A DNA stretch of 63,037 nucleotides, filler included, from Octopus bimaculoides (lineage: Eukaryota), in NCBI RefSeq assembly GCF_001194135.2. It is 7 parts of 5 records of this genome, joined end to end, with 100 filler letters (N's around TTAATTAATTAA, not from the genome) between each part and the next. Parts side by side here need not be neighbours in the genome. Positions count along the whole stretch, not along the records: positions 60,423 to 63,037 come from NW_026333661.1; 6 more parts are not named here. One strand, given 5' to 3'. Positions 61,020-63,037 of this stretch are shown here, in pieces (position 1 is the first letter of the stretch; each line of letters begins with the position of its first letter). Under the pieces are notes generated by a model. That model was not told the origin of the DNA. It saw only the letters and a program-made list of their open reading frames with translations, and ran no database searches. The translations under genes were made by a program, and so were the position numbers.

Positions 61020-62520
61020 TCCAAGAGCTCAAGTCCGGCATCANNNNNNNNNNGCCGATAAGGAGATACCATCCTTGAGGTGTTGAGGCCGTAGGCCATC
61101 AATTCCCGCACCTGAACAAGCAGGGAAAGATGAAATCGCCTTTCTGATGTTATCAGAGGTGAAGACCAATATCAAGTATTCTGGAGGATCGGGTCTGTTT
61201 AACTGATTATCAGGGGGTGCCGGTGAGTGCTTCTCTTTCAGACGTCTAAGAGACTCAGAGCCACATGGAGTGAGAGAGGCTAGGGAAGAGAGAAGACGGA
61301 CTGCCCCTTTTATGTCGAATTCTTTGAATTTAGCATTGACTGCGCGTTTAAGGTTTTGTCAGTATGCACCGTGCTCGATGTCAAATTGAAGTGAGAAATG
61401 GTCGGGGTGGACAAAACAACTGGAACTGTCGTTTGAGTGAGGATGTAAGGGAGCCCGATTTCACATCGTGCACGTGCGGAGAGATGCGGGGGGACAGAAA
61501 CAGTTTCTGCCAGTCGGACGCATTGTTGGATAAACATACGCGAGCAAAGCTATTCCGAGCTCCCTTGATCCGGTTAACGAGCTTCAATTTAGATAAATCC
61601 TGCAGGGCTGCAGTAAAGTCCTCAGTAGAGAACTGGTTGTCGGAGTGTGAAGCGTCTCTACGGAGTGCGTCGGAGCTGAAGTGGTACTGACTGCAGGTCC
61701 AATATGGAAGACTTTCGGCTTGAACCTTGGCGACGCGGACACAACTCCTGCTGTAATTTTGGTGGCACAGGTGACAATTAATTGTCTCTAAGTAACGGCT
61801 AGTGTGAGCACAGAGAGCACAGTCAGGTGGCGAGCTAGCATCGACCGACAGTTGAGGGCTAGCATTNNNNNNNNNNACACGATCGAGGAAGTGCAACATT
61901 GGTTTCGAAGGTGGGACTAGAACGGAGGTCGGGTGGTGCGAGGGGGAGGGTTGAAAGTTGTAGGAGTGGTGGTGTTGGCAGGGTTAATTCCGTTTCNNNN
62001 NNNNNNGGGTTGAAAGTTGTAGGAGTGGTGGTGTTGGCAGGGTTAATTCCGTTTCCATCGGTGGGGCTGGAACGAAGGTCGGGTGGTGGGGAAAGGGTTG
62101 AAAGTTGTAGGAGTGGTGGTGTTGGCAGGGTTAATTCCGTNNNNNNNNNNNNNNNNNNNNNNNNNNNNNNNNNNNNNNNNNNNNNNNNNNNNNNNNNNNN
62201 NNNNNNNNNNNNNNNNNNNNNNNNNNNNNNNNNNNNNNNNNNNNNNNNNNNNNNNNAAAGGGTTGAAAGTTGTAGGAGTGGTGGTGTTGGCAGGGTTAAT
62301 TCCGTTCGGAAACCGTGGTGGAGAGAAGTTAGCTTCTCTTAAGCGTACCGAAGTTGGTGGAGAATGATAGGTCAGAGGTTGATCTATTGTCGCAAAGTCG
62401 CTCCACCAGGCAGGTCTCTTGGTCATTCGAAGCATGCCTCCGCTACCGTGAATGGATAGGTTAAAGTGATGGCAACCCCACCAATCGGCAGTCGTCGGTG
62501 ACTGGGAGATAAAGGGCAAC
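61020..62520 (-). mobile_element. CRE-clade non-LTR retrotransposon, 5' portion up to RT domain 0
   Basis: Minus strand NRIKGARNSFAR...SLTSSLKRQ then NLKRAVNAKFKEFDIKGAVRLLSS...LKEKHSPAP...IRKAISSFPACSGAGIDGLRPQHLKD...DAGLELLE, a characteristic CRE signature. Confidence 0.85.
61912..62305 (+). repeat. 88-bp GC-rich tandem repeat within the CRE 5' region
   Basis: GGGTTGAAAGTTGTAGGAGTGGTGGTGTTGGCAGGGTTAATTCCGT seen 4 times; period 88 measured at 62038 to 62126; copy number uncertain because of gaps. Confidence 0.8.
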
Positions 62521-63037
62521 GAATATACAAGAATGAGGCGGGCGGGGAGAAGAAAAAAGAAAAAAAGAGGGAGAGAGGAAAAGACAAGAAAGGTGACAAA
62601 AAAACTTTACTGAGCGCTATCAAAAAGGTTTAAAGAGTCACAGACATGCGACTATTTGTGACTTTGTCTCTATGAGCAGTACTGAAGTCTGTAGTAAGGC
62701 TGTTCAGAAAANNNNNNNNNNNNNNNNNNNNNNNNNNNNNNNNNNNNNNNNNNNNNNNNNNNNNNNNNNNNNNNNNNNNNNNNNNNNNNNNNNNNNNNNN
62801 NNNNNNNNNNNNNNNNNNNNNNNNNNNNNNNNNNNNNNNNNNNNNNNNNNNNNNNNNNNNNNNNNNNNNNNNNNNNNNNNNNNNNNNNNNNNNNNNNNNN
62901 NNNNNNNNNNNNNCTAAATGAGAATTAGTCAAATGAAAAAAATCAAAATTTGGTTTGAATTTTTTTGGAAATTTTAAAATTCAAAACGACAGCAAAAAAT
63001 GGTAATTCTATATATTTTTAATTAAGATATTACTGCA

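Overview
AT-rich, microsatellite-dense animal genomic DNA with many assembly gaps. Composition and the tRNA-derived SINE families suggest an octopod cephalopod (inference; no database search). No intact host protein-coding gene, rRNA, functional tRNA or CRISPR array is supportable; nearly all ORF-track entries are artefacts of microsatellites or N-runs. The window is a transposon graveyard: about 30 SINE copies from at least 4 families (labelled A, B, C, E here) that share and swap modules; LINE relics from RTE (two lineages), R4/Dong (several), Hero, CRE, CR1/L2 and Penelope-like (GIY-YIG) groups; and DNA transposon relics (Tc1/mariner x3, Tigger/pogo, two TA-TSD MITEs, one hAT MITE). Most interesting: (1) a ~493-bp non-coding element inserted in an RTE RT with a degenerate 13-bp TSD, a 353-bp-period terminal redundancy, an 81-bp inverted arm and a hammerhead-ribozyme-like core (retrozyme/Penelope-like), plus three more hammerhead-like motifs; (2) a CpG-decay domain at ~44-57.5 kb that may mark a methylated gene body, containing candidate minus-strand micro-exons; (3) a CRE-clade LINE 5' region with a PHD-like finger; (4) a possible ~160-180-bp target duplication around an RTE-tailed SINE. 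All translations and alignments were done by eye, so boundaries are approximate (about +/-10-20 bp) unless a TSD/TIR is quoted.
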